From Candidatus Latescibacterota bacterium (lineage in GTDB: Bacteria; Latescibacterota; UBA2968; GCA-2709665): a stretch of DNA of 64,000 nucleotides. Positions 1 to 9,850 of this stretch are shown piece by piece; position 1 is the stretch's first letter, and the number at the start of each line of letters is the position of its first letter. The position numbers were made by a program, and so were the translations under genes. The stretch is from positions 5,801,458 to 5,865,457 of the forward strand of contig OZ241917.1 in assembly GCA_965203805.1 (NCBI GenBank), given 5' to 3'. Below the pieces are notes generated by a model. The model was not told where the DNA came from, searched no databases, and saw only the letters and a list, made by a program, of their open reading frames with translations.

Positions 1-219
1 GATACTCACTTCGGGGACGACGCTGTATGGGTCCGGGCCGCGTGCGATTTCGATGGAGGGGATAAGCGCGACGTCGGTTTCGCGGCCGTGAAGACGTTCC
101 GCACAGCGGGATGGCACGTCGTAGACGAAATCGAAGCGGTGTTCGATGCGGCCGGTTTCCAGGGCGTGCACCAGCGGATGGGTGTTCAGGAAAGAGACGA
201 CACCGAGGCGGGTTGTCAT
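1..219 (-). CDS. mqnA: Chorismate dehydratase MqnA (futalosine pathway), 5' part only, runs off the window edge
   Basis: Manual translation from ATG at 219: MTTRLGVVSFLNTHPLVHAL...DVPSRCAERL...DVALIPSIE, a typical MqnA N-terminus. Lies directly downstream of mqnC and is not in the ORF track. Confidence 0.85.
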   Translation of the reverse strand, partial: MTTRLGVVSFLNTHPLVHALETGRIEHRFDFVYDVPSRCAERLHGRETDVALIPSIEIARGPDPYSVVPEVSI

Positions 220-230
220 TCGCGCGGCTT

Positions 231-1346
231 TCAGTTCACCATTTCGTACCGGGTGTTTCGTCTCGCCGGCCGGTAGCCGGCGTCCCGGATGAGGCGCAGC
301 ATGGCGCCAGGACTCATTTCGTCAGTGTGGCTTGTACCCGCGGCGGAGACGACGTTCTCCTCCATCATGGTGCTCCCGAAGTCGTTGACGCCGTATTTGA
401 GCCCGACCTGGGCGATCTTGGGGCCCTGCGTTACCCACGACGCCTGGAAACTCGGAATATTGTCCAGGAACAGCCGGGAGACCGCAATGGTGCGGAGGTA
501 GTCGTAGCCGGTGGCTTTCCTCCCGTTCCAGCGGGCATTGTCCGCGGCCAGATCGGTGTCGTCCGGCTGAAAATTCCACGCAATGAAGGCGGTCATGCCG
601 CCCGTGTCGTCCTGGAGGTCCCGGATGTGTTTCAGGTGTTCGAGGCGCTGCTCGACGGATTCGACGTGGCCGTACATCATTGTGGCGGTGGTGTGCATGC
701 CGAGTTCGTGCGCGGCGCGGTGTACCGCCAGCCATTCGTGCACGCGGTCCTTGCGGAAGCCGATGACGTCGCGGACCTCGTCCGAGAGAATTTCGGCGCC
801 GGCGCCGGGAATGGAATCCAGACCGGCGTCCCGCAGGCGGCGGATACAGTCGGGGATGGACAGCCGCGAGATGTGCGCCACGTAGATGATCTCCGTGGCC
901 GAAAGGCAGTGCTGGTGGACGGACGGATATCGTTCCCGGATACTGGAGAAGAGATCTTCATAGTAGTCGATGCGCAGTTTTGGATTCAGGCCGCCCTGCA
1001 TGAGAATTTCGTTCGATTTGGGGGCCTGCCCGCCCGCGGCGACCAGTTCGTCGATTTTCCGAAAGATCTGTTCGTGCGGCAGGACGTACCCCTCGGCGGA
1101 CCCCGGCGGGCGGTAGAACGCGCAGAAGTCGCAGCGCACCCAGCAGACGTTGGTGTAGTTGATGTTCCGGCCGACATTGTAGGTCACCACGTCTTCCGGC
1201 CATCTGCGCCTGCGTACCGTATCCGCAAGCATGCCCAGCTCCGTGACGTTGGGATGCGCCATCAGCCGCCGGGCGTCTTCCATCGTGATACGCGCTTCTG
1301 CGTGGATCTTCTCAGCGATATCATCGATCATCGATCGGTTCTCCAT
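231..1346 (-). CDS. mqnC: Cyclic dehypoxanthinyl futalosine synthase (radical SAM)
   Basis: RNINYTNVCWVRCDFC, LMQGG, SIPGAGAEIL, QASWVTQG and DFGSTMMEENVV motifs. Start chosen at ATG 1346 (ORF extends to 1421). Confidence 0.88.
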   Translation of the reverse strand: MENRSMIDDIAEKIHAEARITMEDARRLMAHPNVTELGMLADTVRRRRWPEDVVTYNVGRNINYTNVCWVRCDFCAFYRPPGSAEGYVLPHEQIFRKIDELVAAGGQAPKSNEILMQGGLNPKLRIDYYEDLFSSIRERYPSVHQHCLSATEIIYVAHISRLSIPDCIRRLRDAGLDSIPGAGAEILSDEVRDVIGFRKDRVHEWLAVHRAAHELGMHTTATMMYGHVESVEQRLEHLKHIRDLQDDTGGMTAFIAWNFQPDDTDLAADNARWNGRKATGYDYLRTIAVSRLFLDNIPSFQASWVTQGPKIAQVGLKYGVNDFGSTMMEENVVSAAGTSHTDEMSPGAMLRLIRDAGYRPARRNTRYEMVN

Positions 1347-1427
1347 GTCGTATGTCTCTTTGCCCTTGCTCGCGATGACGATTCTCCCGAGCGGACGCAG
1401 TAGCGATGCGACGACCGTCAACGTGTT

Positions 1428-2579
1428 TCATGACAACACTGGCATTTCACCGGGGACGGCAACGGGTTCCTCGTCTTCCGGGATCTCACGTTCCGTGCGG
1501 ACCCGGTTATAGAGATTGTCGCGTTCCGCGGGCTCGCGCCCGGCTTCAACGATGCGTTCCACGAGTTGGCTACGGGTGAGCACCTGCCGGGTCTCCTCGT
1601 ACGTGCGCCTTGTGATTTCGTATTCCTGAATCGTGCCGTCGATGTCGTCCGCCCCGTACCAGAGCGCCACCTGAGAAATTTCGATGGTGTTCATGATCCA
1701 GAACGACTTGATATGCGGGAAATTGTCCAGCATCAGCCGGGCGACCGCGATTTCGCGCAGGTCGGCCTCGCCCGTAGGGGCCGGCAGGTCTTCCAGTTCG
1801 GTTCGTTCAGGGTGGAAGGAAAGCGGAATGTAGGCCAGAAAACCGCCGGTCTCGTCCTGAAGCTCTCTCAGGCTGACCAGGTGCTGGACCCGTTCGTCCG
1901 GATTCTCGATGTGGCCGTAGAGCATCGTGGCATTGGTGGGCAGGCCCACTTCGTGCGCGGTGCGGGCAACCCGCATCCATTCGTCGGAGTCGGCCTTGGT
2001 CCAGAACATCTCCGCCTGCACCCGATCGCTGAAGACTTCCGCGCCGCCGCCGGGGATCGACGACACCCCGGCAGCCTTGAGTTCCACCATCACTTCCCTG
2101 AGCGGTTTTTTTGCGATTCTGGCGATCTGCACCCACTCGATGGCCGTAAAGGCCTTAACGGCAACCTCCGGGCGGACGTCCTTGACGGCGTGAACGATGT
2201 CGATATAGTACGAATAGGGCAGCTTGGGATTGATTCCCGCGACCATATGGATTTCGGTTATGGGAATGTGCAGATACTGCCTGACGCGCTCCTGAACGTC
2301 TTCGGGCGAAAGGACGTATCCCCGACCGTCTTTCGGCGGGACGTAAAAGGAGCAGAATCTGCAGAGCTTGTTGCAGATGTTGGTATAGTTGATATGCTGA
2401 TTGCGCACGTACCAGGCCACGTTGCCGCAATGACGTTCGCGTACGATGTTGGCCATGTACCCCACCGCGTTGAGATGCGGCGAATCGTAAAGCCGCAACC
2501 CTTCGTCGGCGGAAAGCCTTTCGCCGGCAATGACCTTCCTGTAAATGTCGTCAAGCTGGTTCGGAATCTTCGGTTTCAC
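1428..2579 (-). CDS. mqnE: Aminofutalosine synthase (radical SAM)
   Basis: HINYTNICNKLCRFC, VKAFTAIE, PGGGAEVF, TNATMLYGHIE, HIKSFWIM and GADDIDGT motifs. Adjacent to mqnC. Confidence 0.88.
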   Translation of the reverse strand: MKPKIPNQLDDIYRKVIAGERLSADEGLRLYDSPHLNAVGYMANIVRERHCGNVAWYVRNQHINYTNICNKLCRFCSFYVPPKDGRGYVLSPEDVQERVRQYLHIPITEIHMVAGINPKLPYSYYIDIVHAVKDVRPEVAVKAFTAIEWVQIARIAKKPLREVMVELKAAGVSSIPGGGAEVFSDRVQAEMFWTKADSDEWMRVARTAHEVGLPTNATMLYGHIENPDERVQHLVSLRELQDETGGFLAYIPLSFHPERTELEDLPAPTGEADLREIAVARLMLDNFPHIKSFWIMNTIEISQVALWYGADDIDGTIQEYEITRRTYEETRQVLTRSQLVERIVEAGREPAERDNLYNRVRTEREIPEDEEPVAVPGEMPVLS

Positions 2580-2632
2580 CGGGGAGTCCTTCCCTTTGTG
2601 GCAGCCGGCGGCGACCCGTGGTATGCGCGCCT

Positions 2633-4333
2633 TCAGTTCCGGCTCAGCAATTCGCGGGCGTGTTCCATGGTAAGCGCCGATATTTTTTCTCCACCGAGCA
2701 ACTTGGCGATTTCGCGCGCCCGTTCATCGTCGCCGAGGCGGGCCACCCGGGTGACGGTGCGCCCGTTCGTTACGGCCTTGTGCACGGCAAGGTGGGTATC
2801 CGCCTTTCTGGCAATCTGTGGGAGATGCGTAATGCAGATGGTCTGGCGCGCGCAAGACAGGCCCTTGAGCTTCCTGCCCACCACGTCGGCGATTCGTCCG
2901 GAAATGCCGATATCGATTTCGTCGAAGATGAGGACCTGTACCGGATCGGTTTGGGAGAGCACGGATTTGAGCGCCAGCATGATCCGGGACACCTCTCCGC
3001 CGGAAGCCACCCTGGCCAGCGGCCTGAGGGCCTCGCCGGGGTTCGTGGATATGTGGAATTCCACGCGCTCGATGCCCTTCGGGCCGACGCGAAACCGCCG
3101 GTTTTCCACGGTTACCCAACCGTCGGGGGACTCGTCCCGGATCAGCTCAACGTGGAATTCAGCTCGCGGAATCCCCAGGTCGCCGAGCGCGTCCATCGTT
3201 GCGCGCGCCAGGTCTCGCGCGGCGGCTTCGCGCGCTCCGGAAAGCCGGGCGCACAGGTCCGCCAGGCCGGCGCGGGCGGCGTCGATTTCTCCTTCCACCT
3301 CGGCCAGCGAACGGTCCAGACGCTCCGATTGCGCCAGTTCCTTCTCCGCGTCCTCACGATACTCGAGCACCGTTTCCAGGCTGCCGCCGTATTTCTTCTT
3401 CAGGTGCGCCAGGTCGTCCAGGCGACCGGTGACTTCCGCCAGGCGTTCCGGGTTGTGCTCGACGCTTCGTGCATAGTCCGAAAAGAAACGGGCCAGTTCT
3501 TCGATGGCATAGCGCTGGGCGGTCACTTCATCGGCTTGAAGGCGGAGCGATTCGTCCATCTGCACGGCGTCTTTCAGGAGCTGTTCTGCCGCGCCCAGGC
3601 GATCCACGATGGAGTCGTCGCCCTGATAGAGCAGGGCTTCCAGGCTGACGGCGGTTTCGATCAGTCGTTCGGCGTGGGTGAGCAGCGATCGTTCCTGAAA
3701 AAGCCGCTCGTCTTCGTCCGGTTCCGGGTCTGCCGCGGCGATTTCCTCAACCTGAAATTCGAGAAGTTCCCGGCGGTCGCGCATGCGCCGGGCTTCGGCG
3801 TCGGCGTTTTCCCGCTTCGCGAGCAGGTCCGCCAGACGACCGTGGGCGATACCGACCGATTCCCGGAGTTCGCCGAGGCTGCCGAACCCGTCCAGAAAGT
3901 CGATATGACGATCCGCATAAAGCAGCGACTGGTGATCGTGTTGTCCGTGAAGGTCGACCAGGGCCCGGGCCAGGTCGAGCAGCCCCCGGACGGGAACGGC
4001 CAGACCGTTGACGAAACAGCGGCTGCGACCGTTCGCGGTGACCTCCCGGCGGATGATGAGTTCACCGTGCTCGGCCTCGATGCCCATGGCGTCCAGAAGC
4101 GGCAGACAGCGGTGATCGGGCTGCAGCTGGAAAATGGCCTCGACGAGACACCGTTTCTCGCTCGTCCGGATCACGTCCGCGCTCGCCCGCGTTCCGAGAA
4201 CCAGACCCAGGGCGCCGATGAGGATGGATTTGCCCGCGCCGGTTTCACCCGTAATGATGTTCAGCCCGGGTCCGAATTCGATTTCAACTCTGTCGATCAA
4301 CGCGTAGTTGACGACCAGCAGGCGGCAGAGCAC
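2633..4333 (-). CDS. recN: DNA repair protein RecN
   Basis: Walker A TGETGAGKS, LHGQHDHQSL, ASGGEVSR and FDEIDIGISG. Lies downstream of nadK. Confidence 0.95.
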   Translation of the reverse strand: MLCRLLVVNYALIDRVEIEFGPGLNIITGETGAGKSILIGALGLVLGTRASADVIRTSEKRCLVEAIFQLQPDHRCLPLLDAMGIEAEHGELIIRREVTANGRSRCFVNGLAVPVRGLLDLARALVDLHGQHDHQSLLYADRHIDFLDGFGSLGELRESVGIAHGRLADLLAKRENADAEARRMRDRRELLEFQVEEIAAADPEPDEDERLFQERSLLTHAERLIETAVSLEALLYQGDDSIVDRLGAAEQLLKDAVQMDESLRLQADEVTAQRYAIEELARFFSDYARSVEHNPERLAEVTGRLDDLAHLKKKYGGSLETVLEYREDAEKELAQSERLDRSLAEVEGEIDAARAGLADLCARLSGAREAAARDLARATMDALGDLGIPRAEFHVELIRDESPDGWVTVENRRFRVGPKGIERVEFHISTNPGEALRPLARVASGGEVSRIMLALKSVLSQTDPVQVLIFDEIDIGISGRIADVVGRKLKGLSCARQTICITHLPQIARKADTHLAVHKAVTNGRTVTRVARLGDDERAREIAKLLGGEKISALTMEHARELLSRN

Positions 4334-4335
4334 GT

Positions 4336-5202
4336 TCAGGACTCCCGAGTTTCGCGCCGGTCCAGACTCCAGTCCAGTTTTCGACTGAGCAACTGATAGA
4401 ACGACAGTCCCTGGAGGTTGATCAGGCGGGTCGTATGGGCGGCCTGTCGGATGTGCACGCGTTCTTCAGGCTGTATAGGTGAGACGATCTTGCCGTCGGC
4501 AGTTACCATGATATCGGTGTGTTCGGCGATCACCTGGACGGTGATCGACTGACTGTCCGGTACGACGGCGGGACGCAACGATAGCGAGTGCGCGCAGATT
4601 GGCGTGACGATGAATGCCCGCAAATCCGGATGGACGATGGGCCCTCCCGCAGAAAGGCTGTAACTGGTTGATCCCGTTGGGGTTGAAACGATAATGCCGT
4701 TCCCGAAAAAGGAGCTGAACGGCGTTTCGGAAATCCAGGACTTCACCTGGACCAGGCGGGCGAGCACCGCTTTTTCGAATGTGAACTCGTTGAGCGCGAA
4801 GAAGGTCCTGTCGCCGATTTCCGCTTCGAGGACCATGCGTTCCTCGAGCTGGTATTCCCCCCGCCTCAGTCTGCCCAGACTCTCCCGCAACTCTTCTGGC
4901 GCGGCCCCGGCCAGAAACCCCAGCCGCCCGAGGTTGACGCCCAGAATGGGCTTCTGCGAAGCGCCGACCAGGTTGGCCGCGCGCAGAATGGTGCCGTCTC
5001 CTCCCAGGGCGACAACGATATCCGAACAACCGGCCAGGTGGGCGCCGGGCCGGTAAGAGACTCCGCTGGAGACGCAGACTTCCCTTAACGGTTCCTCCAG
5101 AATGAGCTCGATGTCCTGGTCCTGCGCGAGCCGCACGAAATTCTGGATGAGGGGACCGATGCCGTCCCGTTCGGTATATGCAAGAATGCCGATGCGCTTC
5201 AT
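4336..5202 (-). CDS. nadK: NAD kinase
   Basis: GGDGT, GVNLGRLGFL, ALNE and STPTGSTSYSLSAGGP motifs. Confidence 0.95.
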   Translation of the reverse strand: MKRIGILAYTERDGIGPLIQNFVRLAQDQDIELILEEPLREVCVSSGVSYRPGAHLAGCSDIVVALGGDGTILRAANLVGASQKPILGVNLGRLGFLAGAAPEELRESLGRLRRGEYQLEERMVLEAEIGDRTFFALNEFTFEKAVLARLVQVKSWISETPFSSFFGNGIIVSTPTGSTSYSLSAGGPIVHPDLRAFIVTPICAHSLSLRPAVVPDSQSITVQVIAEHTDIMVTADGKIVSPIQPEERVHIRQAAHTTRLINLQGLSFYQLLSRKLDWSLDRRETRES

Positions 5203-5316
5203 GATCAGGATTTACAGGATTTACGGGATTGAGCAGGATTAGAAACCAAGAGCAGGATCAAAACCGATCAGGATCTACGGGATTGAGCAGGATTTAGATT
5301 CCAAGAGCAGGACAAA
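5203..5316. repeat. Imperfect tandem duplication (about 50-60 bp units) built from CAGGAT motifs
   Basis: GATCAGGATTTAC...GGGATTGAGCAGGATTAGAAACCAAGAGCAGGA (5203-5265) followed by GATCAGGATCTACGGGATTGAGCAGGATTTAGATTCCAAGAGCAGGA (from 5266). Confidence 0.8.
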
Positions 5317-5531
5317 TGCTCACTTTCCGGGCCAAAGCGATGAATCTGACCCTGTAGAAGACCGCAGAAGTTCACACTGACCATTCAGATTCTTGGATGC
5401 TGTCGTATGAGACTTCGCTGATTGTGACTGAAATACAACCGGTTATACAATAAGACCACCGGTCGTCGTGGAAAATTCTCTCTGGCTGCAGAAATCAATG
5501 TAGCCTGAATTTCCGGATCTCGCAATCGGTG

Positions 5532-5786
5532 TTACGCACCCTGTTCCGGGGGTTCCGCGTCGGCATCCAGATCGGTCAGCTGAAAGTCGTTCCCGCTTTC
5601 TGCCGCGAGGACTTCGACGCGTTGTCTGGCCTCTTCGAGCCGTGCGCGGCAGTGGTTCGACGCTTTCAGCCCCTCTTCGAAGAGTCGGAGCGCTTCCGCC
5701 AGGGGCAGGTTTCCGCCTTCCAGGGTCTCTACCGCGGTCTCGAGTTTTTTCAGCGCCTCTTCGAAAGTGGATTCTTCTTCGGCCAT
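5532..5786 (-). CDS. xseB: Exodeoxyribonuclease VII small subunit
   Basis: MAEEESTFEEALKKLETAVETLEGGNLPLAEALRLFEEG. ATG at 5786 follows a GAGGA RBS. Confidence 0.93.
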   Translation of the reverse strand: MAEEESTFEEALKKLETAVETLEGGNLPLAEALRLFEEGLKASNHCRARLEEARQRVEVLAAESGNDFQLTDLDADAEPPEQGA

Positions 5787-5871
5787 CGGATTCCTCGTGG
5801 GTTTGAAGGGCCTGTAATGTTCGAGTACTCGCCCGAACCGCGTAGCCGTCCGGAGGGAAAGCCGGTGACTC

Positions 5872-7083
5872 TCAAGCCACTGTCGGACTTTCGGCCAGAA
5901 TACTGTCGATCGTGCAGAAGATCTCGCCTCTCGACAGGCGAACGCGGACCTGTTCGTCTTTCGAAAGCGATTCGGCCCGGGTGACCAGCGCATTGTTGTC
6001 GGCCCGATGCGTGAGGCTGTACCCCCGGCTCAGGACGGAGAGCGGGCTGAGCGCACCGAGTTCGACGGTGCGGCGGCGATACGATTCCACGCGCAGGTCG
6101 AAACTACGCCTGAGGCCGTTCTGAAGGGCCCTTTGAAGGTCGTCGACGGCCTGGATGTTCTGGAGGATGTTGTCTTCGACCTTTCGCAATCCGTACCGCC
6201 CCATGTAGCCGCTGAGCAGGTCCTGGTTCTCTTTCAGATAGCGGTTCAGTGCGACGAAGGAGCGCCTTGCCAGGTTTTGAATCCGGGCGCGCAACTCGCC
6301 GGCGTCGCGGACGGCCAGTTCGGCCGCCGCCGACGGCGTGGGCGCCCTGCAATCGGCGGCCAGGTCGGCCAGGGTGACGTCAACTTCGTGTCCTACGGCG
6401 GAGATTACGGGAATGCCGGAGCCGCAGATGGCACGAACGACGACCTCGGTGTTGAACGCGGCCAGATCTTCCACGGAACCTCCGCCGCGCCCCACGATCA
6501 GCACGTCGGCCTTTCCGTGCGCATTCAGCTCTCCGATGGCACGTGCGATGTCTTCCGGTGCGGCGTCGCCCTGAACCAGCGTCGGCCGGAGTATGATGTT
6601 GACACCGGGAAACCGCCGATCCAGGACATGAAGAATGTCCCGAATCGCCGCTCCCGTCCGGGACGTGGCCACACCGATCGAAAGCGGGAACGCCGGCAGC
6701 GCGCGTTTCCGCGCCTGATCGAACAGCCCTTCCTGCTGAAGCTTCCGCTTCAGCGCTTCCAGTGCGAGCTGCTGCTGGCCGCTGCCCGCGGGGAAGAGTT
6801 GCGTGACGACAAGCTGATACGCGCCGTTGCGTTCATAGACCGTAATCCGCCCCCGGGCGAGTACCTTGACGCCGGTTTCCGGTCTGAATGCCGGCGTCGC
6901 AGACCGCCACATCACGCACCGGAGCTGGCAGGTCTGGTCGATGAGGGTAAAGTAACGATGGCCCGAAGCCGCCTGGCTGTATTGGGAAATTTCACCCACA
7001 ATCCACAGGACGGGAAATTCCGCTTCGAGGTTTTTTCGGATTGCCTGCGTTATTTCTGTAACGGTATAGGGCCGTTCCGCCAC
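5872..7083 (-). CDS. xseA: Exodeoxyribonuclease VII large subunit
   Basis: GEIS...SGHRYF, TGAAIRD, RGGGSVEDL, SAVGHEVD and APTPSAAAE motifs. Confidence 0.95.
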   Translation of the reverse strand: MAERPYTVTEITQAIRKNLEAEFPVLWIVGEISQYSQAASGHRYFTLIDQTCQLRCVMWRSATPAFRPETGVKVLARGRITVYERNGAYQLVVTQLFPAGSGQQQLALEALKRKLQQEGLFDQARKRALPAFPLSIGVATSRTGAAIRDILHVLDRRFPGVNIILRPTLVQGDAAPEDIARAIGELNAHGKADVLIVGRGGGSVEDLAAFNTEVVVRAICGSGIPVISAVGHEVDVTLADLAADCRAPTPSAAAELAVRDAGELRARIQNLARRSFVALNRYLKENQDLLSGYMGRYGLRKVEDNILQNIQAVDDLQRALQNGLRRSFDLRVESYRRRTVELGALSPLSVLSRGYSLTHRADNNALVTRAESLSKDEQVRVRLSRGEIFCTIDSILAESPTVA

Positions 7084-7085
7084 GG

Positions 7086-7889
7086 TCAGGCCTCCTGCCA
7101 GTCAATCCGCAGTCGTTCGATGCGGGTGGCTCTGCCGGATTCGTCTTCGACTTCCACGATAACGCCGCAAAGCTTGATGTCTTTCTCGGCCGGCTCAAAC
7201 CGCACAGGCGTCCGATCCAGAAACCGATGGATCACGGCCTCTTTCCGCGCGCCGATGACGGAGTCGTGGGGCCCGGTCATGCCGGCATCCGACACGTAGG
7301 CCGTTCCGCCCGGCAGAATGCGCTCATCGGCGGTCTGTACGTGGGTGTGGGTGCCAAGAACGGCGCTGGCGCGGCCGTCCATAAACCATCCGTAGGCGAT
7401 TTTTTCGGAACTCGCCTCGGCGTGAAAATCGATGAGAATCACAGGGGTCTGCCGGCGGAGGCGGTCCACAATATCCCTGCCGACGCGAAAGGGGCAGTCC
7501 AGGTCGAGCATATGCACCCGGCCCTGGATGCAGACAACGCCAACAGGGACCCCGTTCGAGGCGGTGAAGATGCCGCAGCCGGCCCCGCCGACGCTCTCCG
7601 GGAAATTCGCCGGCCTCAGAACGCGGTCGGCGCCGAGTATGTACGGGATCGCGTCTTTTCGGTCCCAGACGTGGTTTCCCGTGGTGATCACGTCGGCGCC
7701 GTAGGCGAAGAGTTTTTTCGCGATGTTTTCCGTGAGGCCGAAGCCGCCGGCGGCGTTTTCTCCGTTGGCGATACAGAGATCGATCCGATGGCTTTCCCTG
7801 AGCCGGGGTATCAGATCGGCGGCCGCTTTTCTGCCCGGCTTGCCGTAGATATCGCCGATAAACAGGATATTCAAGTGGACACCTGTCAA
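7086..7889 (-). CDS. ymdB: YmdB-family metallophosphoesterase
   Basis: GDIYGKPG, NGENAAGGFG, TGNH, DFHAEASSEK and GTHTHVQTADE. Downstream of rny, as is typical. Confidence 0.92.
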   Translation of the reverse strand: MTGVHLNILFIGDIYGKPGRKAAADLIPRLRESHRIDLCIANGENAAGGFGLTENIAKKLFAYGADVITTGNHVWDRKDAIPYILGADRVLRPANFPESVGGAGCGIFTASNGVPVGVVCIQGRVHMLDLDCPFRVGRDIVDRLRRQTPVILIDFHAEASSEKIAYGWFMDGRASAVLGTHTHVQTADERILPGGTAYVSDAGMTGPHDSVIGARKEAVIHRFLDRTPVRFEPAEKDIKLCGVIVEVEDESGRATRIERLRIDWQEA

Positions 7890-8022
7890 TTACGGTCGAA
7901 GATTGGCGTCGCGTTCCACGCCGCGCGCGGGCGAAACGACCGCGTACGGAAGAACAACAGGTAACGGACAGCGGAGCATCCGGATACGGATGCAGGGGGA
8001 ATCAGGGACGGCGCCGGAGACA

Positions 8023-9609
8023 TCAGCGCGCGAAGTCCACCGAGCGCGTTTCTCTGATGACGGTTACCTTGACCGGCCCCGGACAGGTGGCGTCCTCCGT
8101 GAGCCGGGAGACGATCTGCGTGGCCAGGCGTTCCGTGTCGGCGTCGCTCATCATATCTGAGTCCGCCACCACACGGACCTCCTGTCCGGCCTTGATGGCG
8201 AAGACCGATTCGACGCCCTGTACCATCTTGGCGATGGACTCCAGTCGTTCCAGACGTCGGACGTAATTCTCGATCTGTTCGCGCTGCGCACCCGGCCGAG
8301 ACCTGGAAATAGAGTCGGCCGCGTCGACCAGTACGGCAACCGGCGAAATGGCGTCCGAATCTCCATGATGCGCCTCGATTGCGTTAATCACAATCGCGTC
8401 TTCACCGTATTTGCGCGCCAGGTCAGCGCCATTCTCCCCGTACGTGCCCTCGGCTTCGTGCGCCAACCCCTTGCCGATGTCGTGAAGCAATCCCGCGCGT
8501 TTGGCCAGTTGGGCGTCGAGCCCAAGCGAAGTGGCCATCATACCCGAGAGAAAGGCCACCTCTTTGCTGTGATTCAGTACATTCTGGCCGTAGCTCGTGC
8601 GGTATTTGAGTCGGCCCAGGCAGGCGATGAGACGATCGTGCAGGCCCGGTACGCCCACGTCGAATGCCGCCTGAACGCCGGCATCGTGCATGACCTCCTG
8701 AATCGACTCCCTCGACTTCTGCACGATCTCTTCGATCCGTCCCGGGTGGATGCGGCCGTCCAGAATCAGTTGTTCCATGGCAATCTGCGCGATCGCGCGG
8801 CGGATGGGGTCGAACCCCGACAGGATGACCGCTTCGGGAGTGTCATCGATCGTGACATCCACGCCGGTGGCCATTTCAAAGGCCCGGATATTCCTGCCCT
8901 CACGCCCGATAATCCGCCCCTTCATCTCGTCGGAAGGAAGGCGTACGACCGCAACGGTAGACTCGATGGTATGGTCCGCGGCCAATCGTTGAATCGCTCC
9001 GGCGATAATTTCCCGGGCTTCATCGTTAGACCGGACGAGAGCGTCGTCGCGAATCTCCTTCAGCCGCCATTCCGCATCGCGTTCAGCCTCCGCTTCCATA
9101 TTGGCCATCAGGACATGCTTTGCCTCTTCCTTCGTAAGACCCGCGATTTGTTCCAGGCGCCTGTTCTGCCGCAGTCGGCCCTGTTCCAGTTCCCGCGCCC
9201 GGTCCGCGAGCTGTTCCTCCAGATGCCGGAGCTGCTCATTCGTCTCCGTAGCCAGTTTTTCCTTGTCGTTCAACAGGTCCGCACGTTTGTCGAGTTGCCG
9301 CCTGAGGCTGCTCAGTTTCGATTCTTCCCTGTTGGACCGATTGCGTTTTTCTTCCAGTTCCTGGTCGAACCGGAGCCGCTCCTGCTGTATCCTGTCTTTG
9401 GCCTCCAGGACCGCCGTCCGCTTCATTGCGTCCGCTTCGGCCCGGGCATCTTCCAGAATCTTCTCCGCGGAGAGTTCGGCGCGATGAATCTTTCGTTTCG
9501 CGAGCTTGCCGCTGATCAGCCATCCCAGGATGAATACCAGTATAAGCAGCCCGGCCGACAGCATGATGATCGTCACGACTTCCATGGTCGTGTCTATCGG
9601 CAGGTTCAT
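8023..9609 (-). CDS. rny: Ribonuclease Y
   Basis: N-terminal TM helix, coiled coil, KH motif MKGRIIGREGRNIR, RTSYGQN and HD motif LLHDIGK. ATG at 9609 follows GGAGG. Confidence 0.95.
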   Translation of the reverse strand: MNLPIDTTMEVVTIIMLSAGLLILVFILGWLISGKLAKRKIHRAELSAEKILEDARAEADAMKRTAVLEAKDRIQQERLRFDQELEEKRNRSNREESKLSSLRRQLDKRADLLNDKEKLATETNEQLRHLEEQLADRARELEQGRLRQNRRLEQIAGLTKEEAKHVLMANMEAEAERDAEWRLKEIRDDALVRSNDEAREIIAGAIQRLAADHTIESTVAVVRLPSDEMKGRIIGREGRNIRAFEMATGVDVTIDDTPEAVILSGFDPIRRAIAQIAMEQLILDGRIHPGRIEEIVQKSRESIQEVMHDAGVQAAFDVGVPGLHDRLIACLGRLKYRTSYGQNVLNHSKEVAFLSGMMATSLGLDAQLAKRAGLLHDIGKGLAHEAEGTYGENGADLARKYGEDAIVINAIEAHHGDSDAISPVAVLVDAADSISRSRPGAQREQIENYVRRLERLESIAKMVQGVESVFAIKAGQEVRVVADSDMMSDADTERLATQIVSRLTEDATCPGPVKVTVIRETRSVDFAR

Positions 9610-9654
9610 TTCGGCCTCCACGTCAATTGGGACCACGCATCAGTTCTCAAACAA

Positions 9655-9850
9655 AAAAACCCGCTTGCGCTCATCCGGTTCCGCACATCCCGTCCGGGTA
9701 ACGGCGATCGCTCCGGATGGTTACAGATGAACGCAGCAGGCAGCACCGGAATCATTGATCCGGCAGGGGTGCGCGGAGTTGCCGGCACGCCCTTTATGAT
9801 CGAGGTCGTCTCTACGCAATCCGGTTTGTTAAAGAGGCAAGATTGTGGGT
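9655..9850 (-). ncRNA. Candidate 6S RNA (ssrS)
   Basis: Sits in the conserved zapA-6S-rny position and ends in a U-run. Partial terminal complementarity only, boundaries uncertain, and the 5' end would overlap the zapA 3' end. Confidence 0.4.

Noticed and set aside
5203-5316. Possible mini-CRISPR array
   Set aside because: Only two imperfect units, no unique spacers of regular length, and no cas genes.
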